Shown here piece by piece: positions 37,825 through 45,542 of a DNA stretch of 64,000 bases. The stretch covers positions 871 to 64,870 of the forward strand of contig JAOADU010000033.1 in assembly GCA_026417155.1 (NCBI GenBank), written 5' to 3'. Position numbers and translations under genes: made by a program. Below the pieces are notes generated by a model that saw only the letters and a program-made list of their open reading frames with translations, was not told the origin of the DNA and made no database searches. Position 1 is the stretch's first letter. The number at the start of each line of letters is the position of its first letter. The DNA comes from Bacteroidales bacterium (GTDB lineage: Bacteria; Bacteroidota; Bacteroidia; Bacteroidales; GWA2-32-17).

Positions 37825-39281
37825 TATTTCATTTGATTAAGCGTATATTCAAAAGCTTCATCAATAATATTTTGTGGCGGCATTTCTATATATCCTTCAT
37901 GACAAAGATAATGAATAGTGGCACGAGCATGCTCAATATCTTTTTTGGCTAAATTATACGCCTCGTCCCATGTCATTTGTATACGAGCCACCCCATCTTT
38001 AATTGCCTGCATGGCAACATCGGCTGCTTCGATGGGAAAGACTTCCGCTTCGTCCATAGTTGGTACAATTTTTTCTGGATGAATCCCATGTTTTTCGGCA
38101 AAACGAGCTTGTGAGTATGCTGCAGCTATTGCCATATTGTCTGTTATTTTACGGGCACGAACCAACAAAGCACCTTTTAAAATACCCGGAAATCCTAAAG
38201 AATTATTTACCTGATTGGGAAAATCGCCTCTGCCCGTCGCAACAATATATGCACCTGCTTCTTTTGCAGCATAGGGATAAATTTCGGGAACAGGATTTGC
38301 ACAAGCAAATACAACAGACTGTTTATTCATCAAACTTATCCATTCTTTCTTTACTGTATCTGGACCAGGTGTAGACAATGATATTAGCATATCGGCACCT
38401 TTCATGGCTTCTTCCATAGTTTCGATACAACCAGGATTAGTTTGCTCGCACAATTCCCATTTTCTATAATAGCGAGAATCGGCTTTAATATCGCTTCTGT
38501 TTTTATGCAAAGCACCACGAGAATCGAATATAATCATTTTCGAAGGATCGGCGCCATCGGCAAGCAACAAGCGGGCTATAGTTGTATTTGAAGCACCTGC
38601 ACCATAAAGCACAAATTTTGTTTCGGACATTGTTCGTCCTGTAAGCTTTAATGCATTAATTACTCCTGCTAACGTAACACTCGCTGTTCCTTGAGCATCA
38701 TCGTGCCATACAGGAATTTCGCATTCTTCGCGAAGAACATCGAGTACTTTAAAACAATTCGGTTGAGAAATATCTTCTAAATTTATAGCCCCAAAGCTGG
38801 GTTCTACCATTTTAACAAATTCTATAATCTTGTCGGGATCGGGTTCTCCGTTTTTATCTTTGCTATTAATACATAAAGCTACTGCATCTACCCCACCCAA
38901 ATATTTCATTAAAAAAGCTTTTCCTTCCATAACACCTAAACCACCCGGAGGTGTACAATCGCCATCGCCCAGTACTCGTGTTGAATCGCTTACTACTGCA
39001 ACCAAATTGCCACGATTACTTAATTCGAACGAAGCATCATTGTTGTTGCGTATTGTTGTAGAAACAGCCGAAACCCCTGGTGTGTACCATACATTAAACC
39101 AATTAAAGCCAGGTACAGGAGCCTTTGGAACAGTCATTATTTTACCTTTATAGTAACGATGCGACAATTCTGCCAACTTTTTTAAAAAGATTGTTTTTGC
39201 TTTTGCTTTTTTGGCTTCGTCAAATTGTGCCGATAAAATATCGTCTAGATTATCTAAGGTTAAATTTACTTTATTGTTCAT
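37824..39281 (-). CDS. NAD(P)-dependent malic enzyme
   Basis: YTPGVS, GDGDCTPPGGLGVMEGK, LYGAGASN Rossmann motif, ACANPVPEI. ATG 39281 is preferred over track TTG 39332 because a -7 box lies between them. Confidence 0.92.
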   Translation of the reverse strand: MNNKVNLTLDNLDDILSAQFDEAKKAKAKTIFLKKLAELSHRYYKGKIMTVPKAPVPGFNWFNVWYTPGVSAVSTTIRNNNDASFELSNRGNLVAVVSDSTRVLGDGDCTPPGGLGVMEGKAFLMKYLGGVDAVALCINSKDKNGEPDPDKIIEFVKMVEPSFGAINLEDISQPNCFKVLDVLREECEIPVWHDDAQGTASVTLAGVINALKLTGRTMSETKFVLYGAGASNTTIARLLLADGADPSKMIIFDSRGALHKNRSDIKADSRYYRKWELCEQTNPGCIETMEEAMKGADMLISLSTPGPDTVKKEWISLMNKQSVVFACANPVPEIYPYAAKEAGAYIVATGRGDFPNQVNNSLGFPGILKGALLVRARKITDNMAIAAAYSQARFAEKHGIHPEKIVPTMDEAEVFPIEAADVAMQAIKDGVARIQMTWDEAYNLAKKDIEHARATIHYLCHEGYIEMPPQNIIDEAFEYTLNQMK

Positions 39282-39303
39282 ACATAAAAATTTTGTATAA
39301 ATG

Positions 39304-39311
39304 CAAATATA
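39304..39311 (-). promoter_or_regulatory. -7 promoter box TATATTTG for the malic-enzyme gene string
   Basis: Minus-strand TATATTTG, 22 nt upstream of ATG 39281. Confidence 0.5.
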
Positions 39312-39517
39312 ATGGCTTTGTTCGATAATCAACTAAATTTTTTGTTGCTGTAAAACATTTTTATTTCTTAATTAAAAAAATATTCTGGCAAGATACCATT
39401 GCTATAAAATTTGAGTATCATTTTGTCATAGCTATTCTAATTTTAAACAAATTAATTTTATTATTTTAAAGAACGTTAAAGCTCAAAAAGTCATATTTTT
39501 TTACTTCAAATAAACAC

Positions 39518-39525
39518 TATTTTTG
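39518..39525 (+). promoter_or_regulatory. -7 promoter box TATTTTTG
   Basis: Matches TAnnTTTG, 25 nt upstream of ATG 39551. Confidence 0.45.
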
Positions 39526-39550
39526 AATCCAAATATTAAACTCATAAACA

Positions 39551-40699
39551 ATGAAAATATTACGGAACATTTCCAGAATTTTAGTAGGCTTAGTATTTAT
39601 TTTTTCGGGCTTTGTTAAAGCTGTTGACCCTTGGGGTACGGCTTATAAATTCGAGGACTATTTTCGTGCTATGGGCTTAGATTTCCTGATGCCGGCGGCT
39701 TTCCTATTAGGTTGTCTTATGATTGCTGCCGAGTTTATCGTTGGATTTTCATTATTAACCAATACCAAGACCCATTTAGGAGCGTGGGGAGCTCTTATCT
39801 TTATGTCACTGTTTACTCCTCTTACTCTTTGGCTTGCTCTCGAAAATCCTGTTTCGGACTGTGGCTGTTTTGGCGATGCTATTAAAATGACAAACTGGCA
39901 AACTTTTTATAAAAACATCGTTATACTTATTCCTACTATCATAGTTTTTATTCAACGAAAGCAGTTTAAGAGTATATTTTCTTCTATCAATCAATGGATA
40001 ATATCGGGAGTAGGAATCATTATTGTTATTGGCATTATGTGGTATTCGTACGCTTATTTACCTCTGATTGATTTTCTTCCTTACAAAGAGGGCAATCACT
40101 TGCCTACTCTTATGAAAATACCTGATAATGCTCCCAAAGACGAATATGCACAATTTATTACGTTAAAAGATACTATCACAGGACAAGAAATTTCTGTCGA
40201 TGTCAATACATACACTATCGATTCAACATACTGGGGAAGTACGTCAAAATACAAATACGTAAGTATCTCCGAACCAAAACTAATTAAAAAAGGTTACGTA
40301 CCTCCAATACACGATTTTAACATTTTCGACAACAACAATCAAAATCACATCGATTCAGCATTAGCTTTTGATGGTTTTGTTTTTCTTTTGGCAAGTCCTA
40401 AATTAGAAAAAGCATCTAATAAAAACATTGATATAATAAATCAACTTTATTATTGGACAATGAAACACCATCAACGTTTTTATGCCATTACAGCTTCAAC
40501 TCAAGCTCAAATTGACAAATTTATTATCGAAAATAAAATACCTTTTATATTTTACATGTGCGACGAAACAACATTAAAGACCATGATTCGCAGCAACCCT
40601 GGTTTGCTTTTATTACACAAAGGAACTGTACTAAAAAAATGGTCATACAACGATTTTCCAACAATATCTGAAGTGGAAGAAATTACAAAATTAAAATAA
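39551..40699 (+). CDS. MauE/DoxX-family membrane protein fused to a C-terminal redoxin-like domain
   Basis: Four or five TM helices with the MauE hallmark SDCGCFGD. The C-terminal roughly 150 aa resembles a TlpA/ResA-like thioredoxin fold (PPIHDF.IFD...GFVFLL) without a CXXC. Confidence 0.7.
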   Translation: MKILRNISRILVGLVFIFSGFVKAVDPWGTAYKFEDYFRAMGLDFLMPAAFLLGCLMIAAEFIVGFSLLTNTKTHLGAWGALIFMSLFTPLTLWLALENPVSDCGCFGDAIKMTNWQTFYKNIVILIPTIIVFIQRKQFKSIFSSINQWIISGVGIIIVIGIMWYSYAYLPLIDFLPYKEGNHLPTLMKIPDNAPKDEYAQFITLKDTITGQEISVDVNTYTIDSTYWGSTSKYKYVSISEPKLIKKGYVPPIHDFNIFDNNNQNHIDSALAFDGFVFLLASPKLEKASNKNIDIINQLYYWTMKHHQRFYAITASTQAQIDKFIIENKIPFIFYMCDETTLKTMIRSNPGLLLLHKGTVLKKWSYNDFPTISEVEEITKLK

Positions 40700-40702
40700 T
40701 TC

Positions 40703-41464
40703 ATGAGAACACGAATTGCAGCCGGCAACTGGAAAATGAACACTACGTTGCAAGATGGCATAGAATTGGCTAAAGCCATTCAACAATTTATTAACAACTT
40801 CCCTCTCGAAAGCCACAAACGCGTTGTGTTGGGTATTCCCTTTACACATATTTATCCGATAGTACAAGAAGTTGATTATAAGCACATTTCGGTAGCTGCA
40901 CAAAATTGTGCTAAATGGGAGAAAGGAGCATATACGGGCGAAGTTTCTGCCGAAATGATACGTTCGGTTGGCGCACATTATATTATTATTGGTCATTCCG
41001 AACGAAGACAATATTTTCATGAAACAAATGAAGATTTAAAAACAAAAGTTGAACTGTGTTTAAAACAAAGTCTTCGTCCAATATTTTGTGTGGGTGAAAA
41101 GCTTGATGAACGCGAACAAAATAAACAATTCGAAGTAGTAGAAAAACAACTTCAAGAAAGTTTGTTTCATTTAGATGCGGAACATTTTTCGCATATAGTA
41201 ATTGCCTACGAACCCGTTTGGGCAATTGGAACAGGAAAAAATGCTACACCTCAGCAAGCACAAGAAATGCATATGTTTATTCGTCAACTCATTGCTAAAC
41301 GCTACTCTCCAACACTAGCCAATAATATAACCATATTGTATGGTGGTAGTTGTAACGCTCAAAATGCTGCCTTGTTATTCTCTCAGCCCGATATTGACGG
41401 TGGACTTATTGGTGGAGCATCATTAAAGACTAATGAATTTATTGAAATAATTAAGCTATTATAA
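40703..41464 (+). CDS. tpiA: Triosephosphate isomerase
   Basis: AGNWKMN, IIIGHSERR, AYEPVWAIGTG, GGSCNAQNA, IDGGLIGGASL. Confidence 0.97.
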   Translation: MRTRIAAGNWKMNTTLQDGIELAKAIQQFINNFPLESHKRVVLGIPFTHIYPIVQEVDYKHISVAAQNCAKWEKGAYTGEVSAEMIRSVGAHYIIIGHSERRQYFHETNEDLKTKVELCLKQSLRPIFCVGEKLDEREQNKQFEVVEKQLQESLFHLDAEHFSHIVIAYEPVWAIGTGKNATPQQAQEMHMFIRQLIAKRYSPTLANNITILYGGSCNAQNAALLFSQPDIDGGLIGGASLKTNEFIEIIKLL

Positions 41465-42289
41465 AAATTCTTTTTGATGATATTCTACTAAGCGAGGCAG
41501 AGGATTTTTAAGTACTTCATTAAGATAAATGCCATAGTTCTGAGCAATTTCATTTAATTCGTCTTTAAAAATAAATGCAACTGAACCAATAAAAGACATT
41601 GTATCGCCCTGTTGGTAATATGGTATGATATGCCTGTCGAACAATTCATTAAACGAAAAAAGTAAAATATCTTTTATTTCTCTTGTTTCTTTATATTTAA
41701 AAATAAACTCTGTAAACTGTGCCAAATATCGATTCGGAAATGGTTGAGAATATATATTTGTTAGCACTTCTGGTAATTCTGCTGTATAATGTTTTTTGAA
41801 CTCATTTTGAATTTCTAATGGTAATTCTTTATAGAAAAGCTTTTTTAAAAATTCTTTGCCTATATGTGCTCCACTTCCTTCATCGCCTAAAATATATCCT
41901 AATGAAACTGTATGTTTAATAATATTTTTGCCATCGTAATAAGCAACATTAGAACCTGTTCCGATAATACCTACCCATCCTTTTTCTTTCCCAAATAATG
42001 CACGAGCTGCGCCATATACATCGCTTTCTATAAAAATTTCTTTACATGGTATCGCTTCTATAATGCCGTTTCTTATAATTTTATTTTTTTCTTCATTATT
42101 GCAGCCTGCTCCGTAAAAATAAACTTTTGAAATATCGAATTCTTTTACCACTAATTGAAGTGCTTCTTTCACCTTGTTTGAATCAACAAAATATGGGTTT
42201 AACCCTTCTGTATAAAAGTAAATAGCTTTGTTGGCATCAACTAATGCCCATTGAGTTTTGGTAGAACCACTATCGGCAATTAAAATCAT
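41459..42289 (-). CDS. BadF/BadG/BcrA/BcrD-type ATPase (N-acetylglucosamine kinase-like)
   Basis: MILIADSGSTKT phosphate-1 motif, GTGSN and GDEGSG motifs of the ASKHA fold. Confidence 0.75.
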   Translation of the reverse strand: MILIADSGSTKTQWALVDANKAIYFYTEGLNPYFVDSNKVKEALQLVVKEFDISKVYFYGAGCNNEEKNKIIRNGIIEAIPCKEIFIESDVYGAARALFGKEKGWVGIIGTGSNVAYYDGKNIIKHTVSLGYILGDEGSGAHIGKEFLKKLFYKELPLEIQNEFKKHYTAELPEVLTNIYSQPFPNRYLAQFTEFIFKYKETREIKDILLFSFNELFDRHIIPYYQQGDTMSFIGSVAFIFKDELNEIAQNYGIYLNEVLKNPLPRLVEYHQKEFL

Positions 42290-42326
42290 AAAAAAATATT
42301 CCCGAAAATAATTATTTCGGGAATAT
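42290..42326 (-). terminator. Strong rho-independent terminator ending the redox operon
   Basis: 12-bp perfect stem: atattcccgaaa (42296-42307) pairs with tttcgggaatat (42315-42326); 7-nt loop; T run on the minus strand (42290-42295). Confidence 0.85.
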
Positions 42327-42351
42327 TAAAAAAGAGAATTTTTTCTAGTTG

Positions 42352-42639
42352 TTAAATTTCTTCTGTTTCAACAATTTTGGCTAAAATATCGGCGTATGGT
42401 ATCACCAAATACTTTTTCCCTTCAAATTCTATTTCTGTACCACTGTACGATTTATAAACCACCATATCGCCCACCTTTATTTCTGCGTTTTCTATGGCAC
42501 TCATATTCACAATTTTTCCATAATTCGGCTTTTCCTTTGCTGTGTCGGGGATAATAATACCCGATGCTGTTTTTTGTTCTTTGCTTTGTTCTGTTAAATC
42601 AATAATTACATTCTGATTAATTGCTTGTAACTCTTTCAT
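42352..42639 (-). CDS. groES: GroES/Cpn10-family co-chaperonin, orphan copy (no groEL nearby)
   Basis: 95 aa. Mobile-loop region EQKTASGIIIPDTAKEKP, then G.IV......VKVGD.V.Y..Y.GTE....G..YL as in GroES. The roof region is shortened. It is the last gene of the thiol-redox operon. Confidence 0.8.
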   Translation of the reverse strand: MKELQAINQNVIIDLTEQSKEQKTASGIIIPDTAKEKPNYGKIVNMSAIENAEIKVGDMVVYKSYSGTEIEFEGKKYLVIPYADILAKIVETEEI

Positions 42640-42652
42640 AACTCGTAATATT

Positions 42653-43225
42653 TTAGATTTCTAATAATTCTTTTAATCGTTTTTGGTCGAATCCAATAAC
42701 CCATTGTCCGTTAATTTCGGTTTGTGGGACACCCTGTTGCCCTGTACGTTGCATAAGCTCTTGTGCAGCACGAACATCGCGCGACACATCAATATCGGTA
42801 AACGGAATACCCTGTTTTCGTAACCACGATTTTAGAGTGTTACACCATGTACAAGTAGGTGTAGAATATACCGTAACTCGTTTGGGAGCTTTCCCTTCGG
42901 TTTTCATTTTTGCTTGATAAATAGCATTATTAAAAATTCCCTTTAAAAAATCCTTATCTTGACAACCTTTTATGGTATTTATCAATTCGCCACTTTCAAA
43001 AATCAATAATGTTGGTACTGTTGTTATACCATATGCTGTGTGAATATCGCGAGCTATATTAACATCTGCTGCCATTACGCAAATTTCGGCTCCTATTTCC
43101 AACTCGCTCATATTTTTGTATGCACAATTGCTTTGTTCGCTTCCACTTTTGTACAATAACAAGTATGCTTTTTCATTTTTCTGTAGTTCAAGTTTTAACT
43201 CTTCAAATGAACTAATCGTCTTCAT
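42653..43225 (-). CDS. Two-domain protein: thioredoxin-like domain without CXXC plus a glutaredoxin/NrdH-like domain (CTWC)
   Basis: C-terminal VTVYSTPTCTWCNTLKSWLRKQGIPFTDIDV...GVPQ is glutaredoxin-like. The N-terminal roughly 105 aa has a thioredoxin-fold pattern with a single Cys (SNCAY). Confidence 0.75.
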   Translation of the reverse strand: MKTISSFEELKLELQKNEKAYLLLYKSGSEQSNCAYKNMSELEIGAEICVMAADVNIARDIHTAYGITTVPTLLIFESGELINTIKGCQDKDFLKGIFNNAIYQAKMKTEGKAPKRVTVYSTPTCTWCNTLKSWLRKQGIPFTDIDVSRDVRAAQELMQRTGQQGVPQTEINGQWVIGFDQKRLKELLEI

Positions 43226-43228
43226 AAA

Positions 43229-43645
43229 TCAAACACTTTTTAATTCTTTAAGTATTTTTCCCTTTGTTACAACTCCTACTATTCTTTTTGCAGCTTTCCC
43301 ATTCTTAAAAATAATAATAGTAGGAATACTGCTTATTTTATATCGTTCTGCTAAGCGTCTATATTTTTCAATATTTACTTTACAAACTTTAAAAGAATCG
43401 TCATTTGTCTTAGCTAATTCATTGAGAACAGGTGCCATCATTTTACAAGGCATACACCAAGGTGCCCAAAAATCAACAATTGAAATCCCTGTTTTTATGT
43501 GTTGATTGAAATTTTTTTCGGTAAGATGAACTATTTTAGGATTATCTTTTACATCAGGCATTTTTTTCAACCTGTAATAATTGTAAATAATTAACCCCAC
43601 AAAAACTACTACAATAACAATGATTATAATCAATATCGTTGTCAT
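43229..43645 (-). CDS. Membrane-anchored thioredoxin
   Basis: N-terminal TM helix TILIIIIVIVVVFVGLIIY followed by RLKK; thioredoxin domain with WAPWCMPCK. Confidence 0.85.
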   Translation of the reverse strand: MTTILIIIIVIVVVFVGLIIYNYYRLKKMPDVKDNPKIVHLTEKNFNQHIKTGISIVDFWAPWCMPCKMMAPVLNELAKTNDDSFKVCKVNIEKYRRLAERYKISSIPTIIIFKNGKAAKRIVGVVTKGKILKELKSV

Positions 43646-43649
43646 AAAG

Positions 43650-44579
43650 CTATTGTTTTAGATATATGTACTCTGCTGCAGCTAAAGCAGCTATTGTAGC
43701 TTCGCCAATGGCAATAGTAATTTGGCGATAGCGTTTTTCAATACTGTCGCCAGCTGCAAATACGCCATCAATATTAGTCTTCATATTTTTATCAACAATA
43801 ATTTCATTTTTGCTGTTCATGGAAATATGTCCATTAAGAAATTCTGTGTTAGGTAAATACCCAATAAAAACAAATACTCCATCGGCATTAAAATTCATTT
43901 GTTCGTTTGTTTTTAAATTTTTTATTGTAACACTTTCAACATTTTCACTACCATTTATTGAAGACAGGGTTGAGTTTAGTATAAATTGAATTTTTTCGTT
44001 TTGTTTAGCTTCTTCAACAATATAAGGAAATGCCTGAAAATAATCGAATTGGTGTACGATAGTAACTTTTGAAGCAAATTTAGTAAGCGAAATTGCTTCT
44101 TCTATTGCTGAATTCCCGCCACCTACAACGACTATTTCTTTTCCAGTAAAAAAATCAGCATCGCAAGTTGCACAATAAGATACGCCTTTGCCTGTAAATT
44201 CTTTTTCGCCTGGAATATTTAATGTACGAGGGCGACCACCTGGTGCTAAAATAATTGCTTTGGCTGTATATTCTTCGTTATTACTTAGAAGCAATCTTTT
44301 GGGCGAAGCACTAAAATCGAAGTCTTTCAACATTACATTTGTTTTTATATCGCATCCAAAATTTAGAGCTTGTTTTTTCATGGCAGAGGCAAGCTGATAC
44401 CCACTAATTTTTTCAATTCCTGGATAATTGGCAATTTCATGAGTTAGTATCATTTGTCCGCCTACCATACCATCCGAAAGAATAAGAGTTTTTACTTTCG
44501 AACGAGCAAGATACATCCCTGCCGTTAGTCCTGCAGGTCCCGCCCCCACAATAATTACGTCATAATTTGTTGAAGTCAT
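43650..44579 (-). CDS. trxB: Low-Mr thioredoxin-disulfide reductase family flavoprotein lacking the NADPH-specificity motif
   Basis: GAGPAG FAD motif, redox CATCD, GGGNSAIEEA. HQFDYFQA (44031-44054) occupies the position of HRRDxxRA. Confidence 0.88.
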   Translation of the reverse strand: MTSTNYDVIIVGAGPAGLTAGMYLARSKVKTLILSDGMVGGQMILTHEIANYPGIEKISGYQLASAMKKQALNFGCDIKTNVMLKDFDFSASPKRLLLSNNEEYTAKAIILAPGGRPRTLNIPGEKEFTGKGVSYCATCDADFFTGKEIVVVGGGNSAIEEAISLTKFASKVTIVHQFDYFQAFPYIVEEAKQNEKIQFILNSTLSSINGSENVESVTIKNLKTNEQMNFNADGVFVFIGYLPNTEFLNGHISMNSKNEIIVDKNMKTNIDGVFAAGDSIEKRYRQITIAIGEATIAALAAAEYIYLKQ

Positions 44580-44584
44580 CGCGT

Positions 44585-44929
44585 TTATTTGGAAAAATAT
44601 GTATCTAAAATCTCTTTTATTTGTTCTTTTGACTGTATGCTCGAAGTTGCTTTAACCACTTTGCCATTCTTATAATACATAACAAATGGCAATCCCATAA
44701 ATGTTTTTGTTTCAGGCGCTTTAGTTATAACATGCGACTCTGGATTATCAAATTCCATGTCGTAAAATTTCACATGCGGATACTCTGCTTCTAACTCTTC
44801 CATGGCTGCATATACAGGAATACACATGGGACCCATTCGACCACAACAAATCATAACATTTTCATTTTCATTGATGATTTTTTGCCATTCTTCGGCTGTT
44901 TCAATATGTTTTAAATTTGTGTATAACAT
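44585..44929 (-). CDS. Thioredoxin-fold protein with an atypical CCGRMGPMC active-site region
   Basis: 114 aa. Thioredoxin-like layout (..VMICCGRMGPMC...F..D.D......P..MYYKNGK). Motif codons at 44822-44848. Confidence 0.65.
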   Translation of the reverse strand: MLYTNLKHIETAEEWQKIINENENVMICCGRMGPMCIPVYAAMEELEAEYPHVKFYDMEFDNPESHVITKAPETKTFMGLPFVMYYKNGKVVKATSSIQSKEQIKEILDTYFSK

Positions 44930-44944
44930 AGCTTTAAGTGTTTA

Positions 44945-45361
44945 TTATTCTACAATTCTTATCTCGTAAGTAAATTCAAGAAACTTTTTAAACATATACG
45001 ACACACCACAATATTTATCCTGCGATAACGCAACTGCTTTTTCTAATTTGGCTTTATCTAAGTTTTTCCCCTTAAATTCATAAATTAAATGCATGCGAGT
45101 GTAATGTTTTGGATGATCTTCAGTTACATCGGCTTCAACCATCATTTGAAAAGATTCAAGTTCTACCTGCATTTTTTTTAAAATTGCCACGACATCCATT
45201 CCTGTACAACCCGTAACAGCAGCTAATAAAAGTTCTTTCGGGCGTGGACCTTGATTTGCACCGCCATGCTCGGGCGAAGCGTCCATTACAACGGGCAATT
45301 CGTTAACTATAGCTTCAAATGCCATATTGCCTTTCCATGTAGTTTTTACTTGATGTTTCAT
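44945..45361 (-). CDS. OsmC/Ohr-family peroxiredoxin-like protein
   Basis: 138 aa with two conserved Cys in GCTGMD and KYCGVS; first gene of the operon. Confidence 0.85.
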   Translation of the reverse strand: MKHQVKTTWKGNMAFEAIVNELPVVMDASPEHGGANQGPRPKELLLAAVTGCTGMDVVAILKKMQVELESFQMMVEADVTEDHPKHYTRMHLIYEFKGKNLDKAKLEKAVALSQDKYCGVSYMFKKFLEFTYEIRIVE

Positions 45362-45498
45362 AATTAATCTTTATTTTACAAAATTAGACTTTAGTTTTTC
45401 TCAAATTTAAAGTTTCATATTGATATTGGCAAATAAAAAAATTGAGCTTAAATAGCTTTTTTATCACTAACAATTACATTTTCTTAAAAAAAAATTTT

Positions 45499-45518
45499 TT
45501 GATATTTGTTTGATATTT
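45499..45518 (+). repeat. Tandem direct repeat TTGATATTT (11-nt period) just upstream of the SpoIIE sensor gene
   Basis: TTGATATTT at 45499-45507 and 45510-45518; a third TTGATATT at 45420-45427. Confidence 0.4.
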
Positions 45519-45542
45519 AATACTTTTATAAAAATTTAATGA

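Noticed and set aside
39386-39402. Sigma-54-like element TGGCAagataccaTTGC upstream of the DoxX-like gene; tempting because rpoN is in the window.
   Set aside because: The GG-to-GC spacing is 13 nt rather than the canonical 11 (TGGCAC-N5-TTGC). It lies about 150 nt from the ATG, while a normal TAnnTTTG box sits at 39518-39525. No enhancer-binding protein is nearby.
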